53,729 nt of DNA. It comes from Pelomyxa schiedti (Eukaryota; Protista; Evosea). The notes under the pieces are model-generated. The model was not told where the DNA came from. It did no database searches and saw only the letters and a program-made list of their open reading frames with translations. The position numbers and the translations under genes are program-made. Where the stretch lies: contig JAHLWZ010000290.1 of the NCBI GenBank assembly GCA_020536535.1, positions 3,171 to 56,899 on the forward strand, given 5' to 3'. Position 1 is the first letter of the stretch. Each line of letters opens with the position of its first letter. This document shows positions 1-11,881 of this stretch, piece after piece.

Positions 1-537
1 TTCATGCCTGTAGAGCAATCTCAGATATACTCGCTGAGCTGCAGAGACTAAATGAATACTTCATGACTACTTACAAACTCACTTTGGAAATTCGTATTGG
101 AGTATGAGAACACTCATTCATGCTGTGAAACAGTAACAAATTCAAAGGTGCATTCAGGAGAGGTGCAAGCAGGAAATGTTGGTTCTTCACATCGGCTGAA
201 CTACACAGTCCTCGGTTTGTAGTCAACTTTTCAAATATTCCAGTGAAGAAAGCTGCAGGTAATACTGTCAACTTGGCTAGCCGCCTTGAGGCTGTGAATA
301 AAGAAGTTGGGACCCAGGTGCTAGCCTCAAATAGTTTCCGGAGTTGCGCCGGTGGCGATTTTGCTTTCAGAGCACTGGGTTCGATATCTGTAAGTAACAT
401 TTTCCTTTCTCTTGAGACTTACTTGTGACAAGGTCAGAGGATTCCAAGACCTCGTTCTCGTTCATCAGTTCCTCGGTGCTATGGATAGGTCCGACTTTTT
501 TTTCCCCTTCAGCTCTCCTAACCAAGAACAGGCTTGA
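1..537 (+). CDS. C-terminal part of a class III adenylyl/guanylyl cyclase catalytic-domain gene; the 5' end lies upstream of the window. Exons are approximately 1-101, 148-214, 259-389 and 433-537.
   Basis: The spliced translation ...LEIRIG|VHSGEVQAGNVGSSHRLNYTVLG|NTVNLASRLEAVNKEVGTQVLASNSFRSCAGGDFAFRALGSIS|VRGFQDLVLVHQFLG...stop reproduces the cyclase homology motifs RIGxHSGxVxAGxxG, LxGxTVNxASRxE and GxIxVxG. Donors are GTATGA, GTTTGT and GTAAGT, acceptors are AG, and phases are consistent. Confidence 0.7.
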
Positions 538-792
538 CCCAACAACGAAACAACTCCTCAAAGACTATCTGGAAATAGATAAAGCCTTATGTGAAGGACA
601 ATCCAATATCGACCCTATGATTGCATCATTTTTGGAAGTACACCCTGAGGATAAAACAGTGTCACTTGCACAGAGCTACCAACAAACACACAAAGATCGA
701 TAAAGAACGGCAACAAAATAAATATCAACGTCACTCATGGTTTGCCCGGAACATCGAATAAACCTTCAACCGGTTGTTCACGAGTCTGCGGA

Positions 793-2058
793 ATGACGAG
801 TGACAACGGAATACCGATAAGAGCTACATGGAAAATCGACGCTCGATCGCAGTTCTTGGCTTTGGCGTGTGGTGCCACGGCCTCTGGTCGTGGGCCAGTG
901 AGCCTGCTGTCAAACGCTTTCGAAGTGTTGGCCTACGAAATTGGCCGCAAGTGGGTAGTAAGTTGCTCGCGCCGTTGGGGATTCGGCGTGGGGGAGGGAC
1001 ACAGCAAGGACGAGATTCCGTGTGGTGATTGCTGCCTTGTGGTTTTCTTTGGAGTGTCGCACACGCTGGGGCTTGTGTGGCACAAGTTGCACCTGTTTGG
1101 CGGCTGTAACTTTGGGGCCTCCAAGCCCTGTGCAAACGGAATGCAGATTGGGTGCTACTTGGGTAGCTCCAAGTGGATGTCCTATCTTCCTTGGGCTGTC
1201 GACAGGGATGGCGCCTTTGTGATGAATGAAGATGACGGCAGGATCGTCGGGCGAATTCGTGGCTCAGTATCCACCTTAAACTGGGTCGAAAGCTTCCATA
1301 GCAACGGCAAGTGGCTCGTTCAGATTTGCAGAAAAAGTAAAATGAGAGTGTGGCGACTTCGTGAGGGTGTTCCTGAGGGCCATTGTGTGCTTATTCGGAA
1401 CCGTCCTGACCACAGAATTTTTGGCACACGTTTCCTGCCTTGGGGCGATGAGAATGAAGTTGTTGTGGTTTCTCAGTCGAAAGAGAAACACGCTTCAGAC
1501 CTACTATTTGTGGATCTTCAAACCAGCGTCTTCAATGAGGCGCTGGTCGTGACCAGCAGTATTTCAGTTCCCTACGAGGCAGACGATATACTGTGCCTGC
1601 CACGTCAGGAATTCCTAGTACTATCGCGGGATTTTTCGATTGAAATGGGGTTCCGCAGGTTTACATACAACACTTTGACCCGGCGACTGTTCTACTTTCC
1701 GGGAGACGTTCAGTTTGTACCGCCGTCACACGTGCTCAACAGACCCCGCCTCGATCATAATTGTAGGATTTATGCTGCCTCCGACCTGGGTCAACCTTTG
1801 CGCCAGTTTCAACAACATGGGTGCCAGCATCCATTTTTCAGAATGACCACAACAGACCGCTGGATCGCAAATGGCGATCCTTCTGTCTCCCTGAATGTCT
1901 ACGACTTGGTCACAGGCACCACCGTGCTCACACTTACTCGCACATTGAAGAGCCCAGGCGTAGCAGGCCAACATTCAGGGGAGACGATACCACAACACCA
2001 CAGCCCACGCCCCCGGTCCCCTCCTTGGCCCCCTGGAACTCCTTGGCTCCACTTCTGA
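793..2058 (+). CDS. Intronless 421-codon ORF, hypothetical protein; moderately GC-rich (~53%) compared with its surroundings.
   Basis: A long uninterrupted frame (track ORF 742..2058) with its first ATG at 793 and sense-like codon usage. I recognise no domain. Confidence 0.35.
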   Translation: MTSDNGIPIRATWKIDARSQFLALACGATASGRGPVSLLSNAFEVLAYEIGRKWVVSCSRRWGFGVGEGHSKDEIPCGDCCLVVFFGVSHTLGLVWHKLHLFGGCNFGASKPCANGMQIGCYLGSSKWMSYLPWAVDRDGAFVMNEDDGRIVGRIRGSVSTLNWVESFHSNGKWLVQICRKSKMRVWRLREGVPEGHCVLIRNRPDHRIFGTRFLPWGDENEVVVVSQSKEKHASDLLFVDLQTSVFNEALVVTSSISVPYEADDILCLPRQEFLVLSRDFSIEMGFRRFTYNTLTRRLFYFPGDVQFVPPSHVLNRPRLDHNCRIYAASDLGQPLRQFQQHGCQHPFFRMTTTDRWIANGDPSVSLNVYDLVTGTTVLTLTRTLKSPGVAGQHSGETIPQHHSPRPRSPPWPPGTPWLHF

Positions 2059-2231
2059 GCATCGTTTACAGGACGAACACAGGGAATTTCCTCAGGAAAA
2101 GTTGGTTTTTACATGTGCAGGCGCTGTTGTTTTCTGAGCCCAAAAAAAAAAAGCCCTTTCCAAAAACCAGTACTTTGTTGTCTTCAAGATTAAATTGCAT
2201 GTCCCCCAACTATTGAGGCCACGGTAAGGGG

Positions 2232-2890
2232 GCCAGCCTTGCACTCCAGTAGCATTCCGTTGAACGTGAGTTGGTGATTGGAATTTGCATGAATGTTCTA
2301 TTGTCATTTTCAAGAAAGGAGCAACGGTTAAGAAAGAATGAAAGTGAGTGATAGGTTTACCTCGTAAAGTTTCTCCACAAAGTCTATTGTAATTTGGGGT
2401 TCTGGATCGGCCATAACACAATTCTTGAGTACCACTCTATCACCAACAGTGCAACCAGCAGGGGGGTCAATAAGCTGAACGACCCTGGCGTGATCATGCA
2501 GCTCCATTCCGGTAAGCTTTCCGCTTGATTTTTGCCCTTGAAGTGTTATTTCCTTGATGTTGCATGTAACAACAACAAATCGATTCTGAAAGGGATTGTG
2601 AAAAGAGAATAGGCGGAGGGATGGGAATACCCTTAGGTGATCGATATTTGGTATATGTTCCACAAGTGCACTTACAATTTGTCGTCTTGAGGTTCCTAAA
2701 TCCACATCTTCCATGTATAATCTTCTTGATGTGAGCTTGGTAATAGAGACAGCGATGATACTTACTTGGCAGAATTTGGTACACGTTTGATGGACAGTAT
2801 TTTTCCGATACGAAGCTCAAGTTTACTGAAATCAAGGGCAGATACTTCACTGCAATCAATACAACATGAAAGTACTGTTTTGTCACATAC
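2232..2890 (-). CDS. tRNA-binding (EMAP-II/Myf/Arc1p-type OB-fold) domain protein, multi-exon. The main exon is about 2362-2728.
   Basis: The minus-strand translation ...EVSALDFSKLELRIGKILSIKRVPNSAK | LYMEDVDLGTSRRQIVSALVEHIPNIDHL...RFVVVTCNIKEITLQG...ARVVQLIDPPAGCTVGDRVVL matches the AIMP1/p43 and aaRS C-terminal tRNA-binding domain pattern (LDxRVGxI...DVGE..RxIVSGL..H.....NRxVVxxCNLK...G..S.GMxLCA...P..G..VGDRVxF). A GTAAGT donor follows SAK and a GTAAAC donor follows LYE. Confidence 0.55.
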
Positions 2891-3179
2891 GGTATTGGTC
2901 CATCTTATTTAACTTCAGCCAGTATAAGTTTCCAACTGAATCACCAGCCACGAGAGGGATATTGGAGCCTCCATATTGGTCAAAAGGTTTGCTGCACAAC
3001 ACTTCCATCGAGAGAATGGAGGTAGGAAGATAGAAACAGTGCACTTCGTGACCACTGAAAACATCCTAGTTGGTGAATTAGAGACTCAGCATCACCTATC
3101 TAGTTTGGAACAAACCCAAATCCTGATCGTCTTGTCACTTGAAGATGAAATGAGGAATGTTGAATTCTGACCTAAGATA

Positions 3180-6100
3180 AGTTATCATTTTGATTTAGAG
3201 ACAGGAAGTCGTTACTGAAAAAAGCTAAGGCAGTAACTTCGTGAGTGTGTCTACGTATAATTCGCAACAGAGCTTTTTTGATTACATCCCATATACATAT
3301 GGCCTGATCTTCACCACCACTTGCAAGAATCCTTCCTGAGTCCAAAGTTAAAGGTGGACTGGAGTTTTGATAATGGACAGACCATCTGGTGAGAATTTAC
3401 AAGCAAGTAGCCCATCTTTGTGTGCTGTTAAATTAGCCTGGTTCTCACCAGAACGAGTGTTCCAAATCTTAAAGAAATTTAGAATTATCATGGACTGAAA
3501 ATAGTACCTTCACTGATGCGTCTTTGGATCCAGTAGCCACCAATTTACTTTTGGGAGAAAAGTCGATGGTGCTTATCCAGCCAGTATGCCCGGATAGTGA
3601 TCCGACTTCTTCTCCTGCACGAACCAGATTAGTATGTTCAGGCATTGTTATTGGGGTACACCAAACCATTTTCCAATGACCAAACTTTTGCTGTACGATC
3701 AACACTTCCTGTGACAGCATATCTATGATGGGTGTGCGTAAGGGAATTAATCCAAAAGAAAAGAAACCTTCCGTCGTGGCTTATCGCACAGGCAAATATA
3801 GGTAGTGTGTGTCCCTCAAGTGACATGGCTTCCTCTTTTGACTGTTTAAACCAATCAATGGAAAGGTATGGTCTGAAGGGTTATTACCTTAACTTCCCAG
3901 ACTTTTGAAGTGTTATCACTTGAAGAAGTTAACAACATTGAGCCATTGGGTGACAGAGCAACGGCGTTTATCTTTAAAAGTTATAACCAAACTACATGTA
4001 AATTGTTAGATACCCTCTTAGGATGTGAGAAAGTAGCCAGTTCACGGCCTTGCTCATCAAAAATTTTTGCTTGCCTATCCCAGGAACCTGATGCCACCAG
4101 ATGTGCCGATGGAGAGTATGATATTCCTTTCACCATTGCTGTGTGCTCTGATGTAGAGCCCTCTGACCCACCAGATAATGTATCAGCTAGAGAATAGAGT
4201 CTATTAGACTTGTCAGTACAGAGGAAATAGCAAGTGGCCAGGTGGTACCTTATAGACATATCTGCAGAACCGGTGACAAATAAGTCACCTTTCGGTGAAA
4301 ATGCTACCGTGTTGATAAAATGGGAGTGCCCTTCCAGAGTTGCCACTTCTTCACCTGTGTTGGTGTTCCAGATCTTCGCTATCTTATCAAATGAGCCGGT
4401 GAGCAAGTAGTTTTGATCACTGGAAATATCACAGCAACTCACACTTTTTATTGGTCAGCAAAATAGAGGGAGCAGTACAGGAAAACCTTTGTGTGTGTCC
4501 TGTCATAGTTTGTGCTGGAGCAGACCTGGCAATATCCCATTTTATTATTGATCTGTCAGTGGATACAGAGAACAGATATTTACTTCCAAAGAAAGCCAAG
4601 TCCTGTTAAAAATTTTAGTGCATGGTATACGTGGTTGTTAGTTTACTTTGGCGTATTTATTGTGTCCCTTTAAATCGACAGCAGGCTTAGAAGAATTTGA
4701 TGTCCAAGTGCCATTGTTAACTGTACAGTGGAGCAGTCGGACATTTTTATCATTAGATGTGGTTGCTAACATGCTGTACAATAGATTAGAAGGATCTTTC
4801 TATAATGGAACAAGTACCTTCCAGATTCGTGGAATTTTATGGAAGTTACTGACGAGGTATGGGGTTTCATAGTGATCAAAGGAGAAAGGGACTTGGCAGG
4901 AGGAAGGGGAGAACTAAATACAGCGATACTTCCATCTTCATAACCAACACCCATAACCCAAGTTCCTGATGCACAAAATGCAGTACAACACGTGGCTTCT
5001 TGGATCTCCGGACTGTGCGGCAGTTAAATTCACGGACAGGACAAGTATGATTAGTACCAGGTGAGTGTTCCAATAACTGAGGATGTTGATATTTGCCAGA
5101 TCAGAGCGGAGCCATATTTATAAGCAACAAGTAGATACTTTGATGACATAAAGCAGCATTGGTTTGCACTTCCAGCTTGTATACCAAATGCCCCAGGATC
5201 AAGATTACCAAGTTCGGTGCATGTACTAGTTTTCCATATCTTTTTATAATTGTAACTTTTTTGGTGAAAAAAGAAGAAAGACCTTGGTAATGCCATTTGT
5301 CTTATAGGTGGAAGCTATAAGTAGTCCATCTGGGTCAAACTGGCAATTTAAAACCTATTTGAAGAAGTTGCAAGTCTACTCCACACAAAGAAGTTTACCT
5401 CACTGGGACCAGCCATAACTCCTCGGTGCTTACTATGTCCTATCAAACGTTTGTTTTCCCAAACAAAGTAGGGAGAATGTTGTAAGGTCAGTAATGAATT
5501 GCCGGCTGCAGAAACAATGGAGTTATCAGCACATGCTGCTGCTTGTTGTATCACAGTGGCTGGGTGATCTGTAAGAGCCGTGATATTGAGCATAACAAAT
5601 TTCCTGTAGCCTGTAAAAATACACAGGTACTCAAATGAGATGGTACTTGAAAGCTTGAAGTTTTTCGGTCAAGAATTCATTTGGAATCATTGTAAAATCT
5701 TCCACCAAACTCGCGGCCATCCCAAGAGAACATTTAGCGGAAACAAATTGAAGGTCACCCAGAACCATTTCAAGTTCAGACCATGACTCTGAACAAATGT
5801 TTAGGCTATCTAGGATGAAATGGGGAAAAAAAAAATACTTACGTGCTTGAATCAGATGATATGGTAACTCTGAAAAAGCATGCGGGTTGATAGCATTCCA
5901 TTTACCATCGGACTGAGCTTGGGTCTTGAAAAATTGAGCAAGCTGCCCATGTGTCCTGATGGCGGAATTACCTCCGAGGTATCTTGTTTGAACTGTCCCA
6001 TATTAGCTACTGGAGTAGTGTTATAAAAGAATTACCCGCTTTAGCAAGCTGCTGGTGAAAGAAATCAACTCGACCCTCATTGTTATTGCCCACTGGCCGA

Positions 6101-8384
6101 AGAAGCGATTTTAAGCCCAAAAATACTCCTGTCCATTGTGCAGCAGTTGCATTCATGCAATGGATGATATCTGATACAAAGAGGCCATGTCTTGCACACC
6201 GCAAGAGTGCTAAAGTAGTTCCAACAATTTTCTCCCCAAGATCAATCTCCAGCCTCTTCAAAACGACCTGAAGTAATTCTACAGCAAGTTACTGTTACAT
6301 TCCTTTCAGGGCACACGATACCTGGGATGGTTGGGGGAAGACCCGAAATGAAGTCGTGCAGTTTCTCAAAGGCACCATATATCCGAAGCTCCTCACATGA
6401 CAGAACTAAATACAAGGGGTTCCCACTTCCAGGTTTTTGGAGGAGGGTATTCATCTGGCTCGAGTCCAACTTTTTACCGAATTCAGAAAGAATCTGTGTA
6501 ACAATCTCCTGCCTAAATTGTTCATTACTCAAACGACAATTTTCACAGGTGAGAACCTGTCTTCTGTGGTGAGGGGTGGTACTGGAATTTCAGGGGCCTT
6601 CCTGGAATGTAATTGATCAAGACAATCTCCAGGCAGGCATGATAGCACGATTTTCACCTTGGAGAGTCATTTACATACATAGAGTTAAGAATTCTCACCG
6701 ATTTTGGCAGAATAGAAGGAATCCAACCAAGGCGGTGACTATTATTTGTATCATCAAGCTGATTAAGTGCATCAATTATTAAAAGAAGGTGCTCCCGCTC
6801 TCCCGAAACCTAGATTGGTGTAAAACACTCAAAGTGATACAGTGTATCAACCAACCCGGTGTAGAAGTTGTAACCACGTAGACTCCAGGTCGGAAAATTC
6901 CAGGGGGATCTCAACGTCTAAGGAATAATGCGATGAAAGCTCCGCACATAGACGGGATAACACTTTTGTGATGTCAGTGCTATTAGGACTTCCTCCCACA
7001 AAGTGAGGAAGTACAAAGAACTCTCTATCAGCCATTGTCAGAGGTTAGATGATTACGTAGAAAATTAACCGGTTGTTAAGTTTCTGTTGGTGTGCAAAAT
7101 GAGCCAGTAAGGAACTTTTACCAGATCCAGGTGAGCCAACAACAACAATTGGCTGACTTTGATTATAGTCTTCAATGTAGGTGTTTAATTGCTGTAATAG
7201 TTGCGATCTGCCAACAAAGTTTCTACCCCTTATCTCAATGAATTCATCGTGATACGCTCTATGAGGTAGTGAGGAACGTCACAGAGAAAAAAAAGGGGAT
7301 GTGACCTCTCAATGGACATAGGTGTTTGCTTGACAGAACTTTTTGGAGCACATTTCTCGATTCCCTGCCAAACAGCAGATTCAAATTGCTCAAGCATTTT
7401 TTCCAAGCCGGACAGTTCAACATTATCATCAGTTACTCCTGTGTAGCAGAAAATGAGTGGGACGCTGAGTTTTCAGTGGGGAAAAAACACCTTCGTAGCA
7501 AGGAGTGTAGTGATAAACAGTCGAGGGAAATTTGTCATTGATAGCTGCTTTGAGTTGAGCCATGCGCTGCACTTTATTTGGGACTTCATCTTTCCACTGA
7601 GCTTTGATCTATATTTTGTTGGAAGGAATTGTACTTTTATTTAAATGACTACTTACAGACTCAGGTAGTCGGTCAAGAAATTCAGGGTCCCTAAAGAAAA
7701 AGATATTGCTATGTGCAGTGTCCTTAGCTTTCGCAATGGCGCCACATTGAACCTTTTCGTATTAATATATTAAACAAAAAAACGAGTCTACCTCCATAGC
7801 AGTTACACTGAGACCATTTTGCCAAGTAAATTTGACTTTGGCTTCATCTGGTACATCGTGGGGGTCTGGGATCCAGCCATACCTTTCTCCAAGTAGTCCC
7901 ACGAAGATGTCACAAGTGGAAGCGCTCTCAAGGCACATATTAATAACCTGCTTTGACTTGGCATCCTCTTCAGTAATTCCCCATCTAGGCAAAGAAAAAA
8001 GGACAATTTAATCTAGCAACTCGGCCAGTTGTTTCTACCGCAGATCAATGTCAATAAGATGAATTTTCTTTGCAAGACAGCGCTCTCTCAGACGTGGAAT
8101 GATCTGAACAACAGGTTAAAGAGCAATTTAGTAGTTGCAAACCTGCTTAATTAGTAGGTCACGCTCAGTATTCATATCCACAAATGTAGAGGACAGGAAC
8201 AATCTCAGAGTACGCCATACAGAGGGAGCTTCTGAAATACAGTTACAGTTACACTTGCAAGTGCAGAGGTGATTAATATAGTACCTTCATCATCTGAGAC
8301 TCGAGATATCTGTTCCTTGGCGCCAGTGAAGAAGAACCCTTGGAATGGATTGGTCTCTTCGACTTCATCATCAGGGAAACTCAT
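3180..8384 (-). CDS. NWD1-like NLR gene with DUF4062, NACHT NTPase and C-terminal WD40 repeats; many short introns.
   Basis: Minus-strand exons read ...MSFPDDEV...SDDE|EAPSVWRTLRLFLSSTFVDMNTERDLLIKQ|IIPRLRERCLAKKIHLIDIDLR|WGITEEDAKSKQVINMCLESASTCDIFVGLLGERYGWIP... (DUF4062). They are followed by ...|AYHDEFIEIRGRNFVGRSQLLQQLNTYIEDYNQSQPIVVVGSPGSGKSSLLAHFAH... (Walker A/P-loop, exon 7258..7057). Helical-domain ORFs follow at 6007-6532. WD40 repeats run from 5600 to 3290 (...IAKIWNTNTGEEVATLEGHS..VAFSPKGDLFVTGSADMS...; GRILASGGEDQAICIWDV). Introns are 48-52 nt GT..AG with consistent phases. Confidence 0.8.
7057..7258 (-). other. NACHT P-loop (Walker A) exon of the NWD1-like gene.
   Basis: It encodes QPIVVVGSPGSGKSSLLAHFAH. 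The exon runs from acceptor ctcatag| to donor |gtaatc and has no start codon, so it is absent from the ORF track. Confidence 0.8.
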
Positions 8385-8409
8385 TAATTCTAGACTACAG
8401 CCAGTTGAG

Positions 8410-8425
8410 AAAAAAAAAAAAAAAA
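8410..8425. repeat. (A)16/(T)16 homopolymer in the 150-bp spacer between the ankyrin gene's stop and the NWD1-like gene's start.
   Basis: Direct reading of the sequence. Confidence 0.9.
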
Positions 8426-8530
8426 GGTGCTTGAATTTCACCTGGAGCCAGAAGGGGTGGAAGCTTTGCTTTCAGCTCCCTGTGAAATGAGAAATTGCAC
8501 CAATGCTGGGGCTTGGGCTGCCTAATAACA

Positions 8531-11500
8531 TTACTCGTGGGTTAGCAACAACTCTCTAGATACTTGGGCCATTTGAAGTGGGGTACAAGCTCCACTCTTC
8601 TTTACCACAGAGTTGACATCGGCACCATATCTAACTAAAATCTTTGCCACATCCACATAACTAGAAGTTGTTAGAATTTCCCAAAAAGAGACAAGTGTAC
8701 CCCTTTGATGAAGCCAAATGTAGGGGTGCCATCTTCTTTTTGTTAAGCATATCCACAGTGGCTCCCTGCTGAATCAGTACTTCAGCAACATCAGCCATTC
8801 CAGACTGAGCTGAAATTGATGAGGAAATTAAGGAAAAGTGCAAACCCACCTGCTATGTGCAGTGCAGTATTCCCAAAATCATTCTTGGAATCAATTATTT
8901 TCTTCGCCCCAGCAACTTTGGCTAGGACTTTAACAACTTCTTGGTTATCTGAAGGAGTGTGAAACAAGGTATTTCTCCCAATGTGTGACCTTTTTCATGG
9001 ACTGCAACATGAAGAGGGTTCTGCCCACCAGAATTTGAGATCGTAACATCGGCGCCATGATCCAAAAGTAACCGAACCTAAAAACTTGAGATAGAGGAGA
9101 ACATGGAAAAGCTACCATCTCACAGTCACAGTTAGCAGAGGCAACGTGAAGAGGTGTAGAACGTGTGACACTCTTTTCCGCGTTGGTAAAATACAAGAAG
9201 GCATTATTGTACCGGTAAATTTGGGTTGGCACCAGCTTTTAGAAGGAGCTTAACCTGATTCATATTTTTATTTTCTGCTGCAACATGGAGTGCACTATGA
9301 CATATTAAAAAGAAAAGAAAAGAATATTATGACTGAACGTGGACTCAGAGCCAAAATCCAGTATTTGCTTTGAAAAACTTGCGTTTAGAAGAGATTCCAT
9401 CAGTTCATCATTACGGGTTTGGGCCGCTGAAGAGGCATAAAACCAAATCCTTTCATTTTCACATCTTAAAAGCTAACCTATGTGTAAAACCGTATTGGAA
9501 CCACGGCTGAACATATTAGCCAATACTGCAACATCTGCAAGTAGTTAGTATTTCCCTTGCTTGGGATTAGACGGACCAAGTGATAAAAAGGACTGCACAG
9601 ATTCTAGTTTGCCCGAGGTGCATGCTTGGGAAAATGCTCGTGCCAGATTTGGGTCGGGTGTTTTTGATATGCTTGCCTATTGGATGTTAGTTGGGACGTC
9701 TTATTCTTTTTTAACATACTGTAAATAGATTAATAGTATCTCTGTTGCCACTTCGGGCAGCTACTTCAACAGCCTTAATGAAGGTGAATGTCACAAGGAC
9801 TTTGGATAACAACATACAGTAGCGCCATTCTCGTTTGCGAAAGGATTAGCCCCTGAATCTAGTAATAGCTTGGCAACACTTGCATGACCGCCTGCACAAG
9901 CTAGTCCAAGGGCACTAGATCTATTTTAGATGTTTGAAATAATGCACCAGGCAAGTCGTAGACCTCTGTGGGCCAGAGGCATTTGAATTTGTTGCCACCA
10001 TTGTGGCTCCATAAGATAATAACAGTTTCGTAAGTGGAGCATTTCTTAAGGGTGTTACTAACTGGATCACAAAGTAATAAGTTCTACCCCTTGATTGCTG
10101 CAACATGCAAAGGTGTTTGGCCATTTCTGCGTGTATTTATGGCATTTGGATTGCCTCCTAAACCTAGTATTAGTACGGCAACTTGTTCACTTCCACGTAA
10201 TGCTGCAATATGCAGAGGGGTCTATGGAGATATTAGTTATTACTCATGAACTCTGAGGGAAGAACCTGTTGATGAAAGTTGTAGACAGAGCAATCTAATT
10301 TGCCTTCTTTTATCAGCCAGGAAGCAATTTCTGGACGATCAAACCAGGCAGCTACATGCAGTGGCGTCCACTTTCCCGACCAAGGGAAAGTTTTGCTTGG
10401 AGCTGCAGTCAGGGTGGCAAACTGTGCTACTGAGGTGGCTCCAACTATGCGCTGGAGGTCACTAAGCTTTCCTATGATGACGTCAACAGGGCATCCACAG
10501 TTACAAGACACTACCTTTCTCAATGGAGGAAAAGAATCTCGATACAACAGCTGGTGCCAAGCTTGAAGATGACTTGAATTCAGTTAAATCGGTTGGTGGT
10601 GGTGTCACCGGGCGTGATGATGTGGGTGTTGTTACAACTGGAGTCGAATCTGGCTGCACTGTTGGCGTGGATGGAGGTGTTACTGGTCTCACAGGTAAGT
10701 CCACTTGCTGCTGTTGAGGTGGTAGTGGTGGCGTTGTTACAGGTGGGGGTGTGCTTGGCTTTGATGGAGGGGTGATTTGAGTAGTAGTAGTACATGAAAC
10801 CGTTGGTGCTGGAAGCACCTTAACGGATGGGGAAGGTGCAGAAGCGGTAGTAGTTTGTTGTTGCTGCAAAACTGGCTGCGAAGCTGGAATGGGGGGTAAT
10901 GGCACAGGTGTTTTATTTGATTTGGAGGCCAACATAGACCAAGAACAAGATGGCTTTGGAACCACAGGCTCAACAGGAGGCAATGAACTTGGCAGGGGTG
11001 TTGGTTCCACAACCACAATGGCAACAGAAACAGAAGCAGAAGTAGAAGAAGTGGTAATTGTGGAGGATACAACATCAGAACCGATCGTCCCAGATTCTGC
11101 AGCACTGATCAGTGTTTTGCGTTTCCCATAACGCGATGCCGACCCCAAGCTGGGTGTCCCTGTTTTTTTTGCCGAGGACACTGTAGTTGTCAGTGTAATT
11201 CCCTCGTCACGAGACGGTAATGATAGCGGGAGAGCATTTTCCTTGGGCGTTTGCGTGGGACACGGGTGTCCCACGTCTTTGGGCTCAGAAGCGCACACAT
11301 TGGGCTGCGAAATTTGTTGCCGAGGATGTTGGCGTCGAGGAAATTGATGTGGGGGCTGAGGGATTGTGGGGTCGAACAAAACTTTGCTTGGCGACACCGC
11401 TCTGGGTCGTCGTGGTACTTTTCGGGCTGCATTCGTCCCGACACTTTTTGAGGGTGCAGGAGCTGATGAGGGGGCAGGCCGATTGCCTAAGGAGGCGGAC

Positions 11501-11541
11501 AGGAAGGGGTTACTTTGTGTGAGGGTGCTGAAGAACTGCAT
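8531..11541 (-). CDS. Ankyrin-repeat protein with a long Ser/Thr/Pro-rich low-complexity N-terminal region; multi-exon.
   Basis: The S/T/P-rich ORF at 10501..11601 has its first ATG (MQFFSTL..) at 11541 and ends at the donor GAGAAAG|GTAGTG. Downstream, several ANK repeats are encoded at 10547-8531 (TPLHVAAWFDRPEIASWLIKEGKLD; TPLHVASANCDCEMV; MAPLHLASSKG|YVDVAKILVRYGADVNSVVKKSGACTPLQMA...stop). Confidence 0.65.
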
Positions 11542-11881
11542 CGTCCCTTGGGTAGAAGTGATGATAAGGGTTTTTTCAACTTTTGTTTCGGGGAGCTCCA
11601 CTCAAACGGTGAGAAAGTATAAAAATGAACGGGTTTGAGTTTGAAACACGGCTGGTGACATTCCGGTACACGAACGGAAATGCACACAGATACACGTGTC
11701 TGATGGATCTGCTATGTGGAGAAACCAACTTCTGGCAGTTTGTTCCTTACATCAATTTCTGCCGCCAGAATCAAAAGACGAGGAACCGAGGAACCCTCAG
11801 GTTTCAGCTGTTACAGGAACGTTAGAAGCAATCACTTCTCCGGAAGACCACTCCACAGTTCATACAACATAGTCAACTGAC

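Noticed and set aside
10523-11131. Several plus-strand ORFs (60-80 aa) rich in Gly/Val/Thr.
   Set aside because: They are antisense to the S/T/P-rich coding region of the minus-strand ankyrin gene, a low-complexity mirror artefact.
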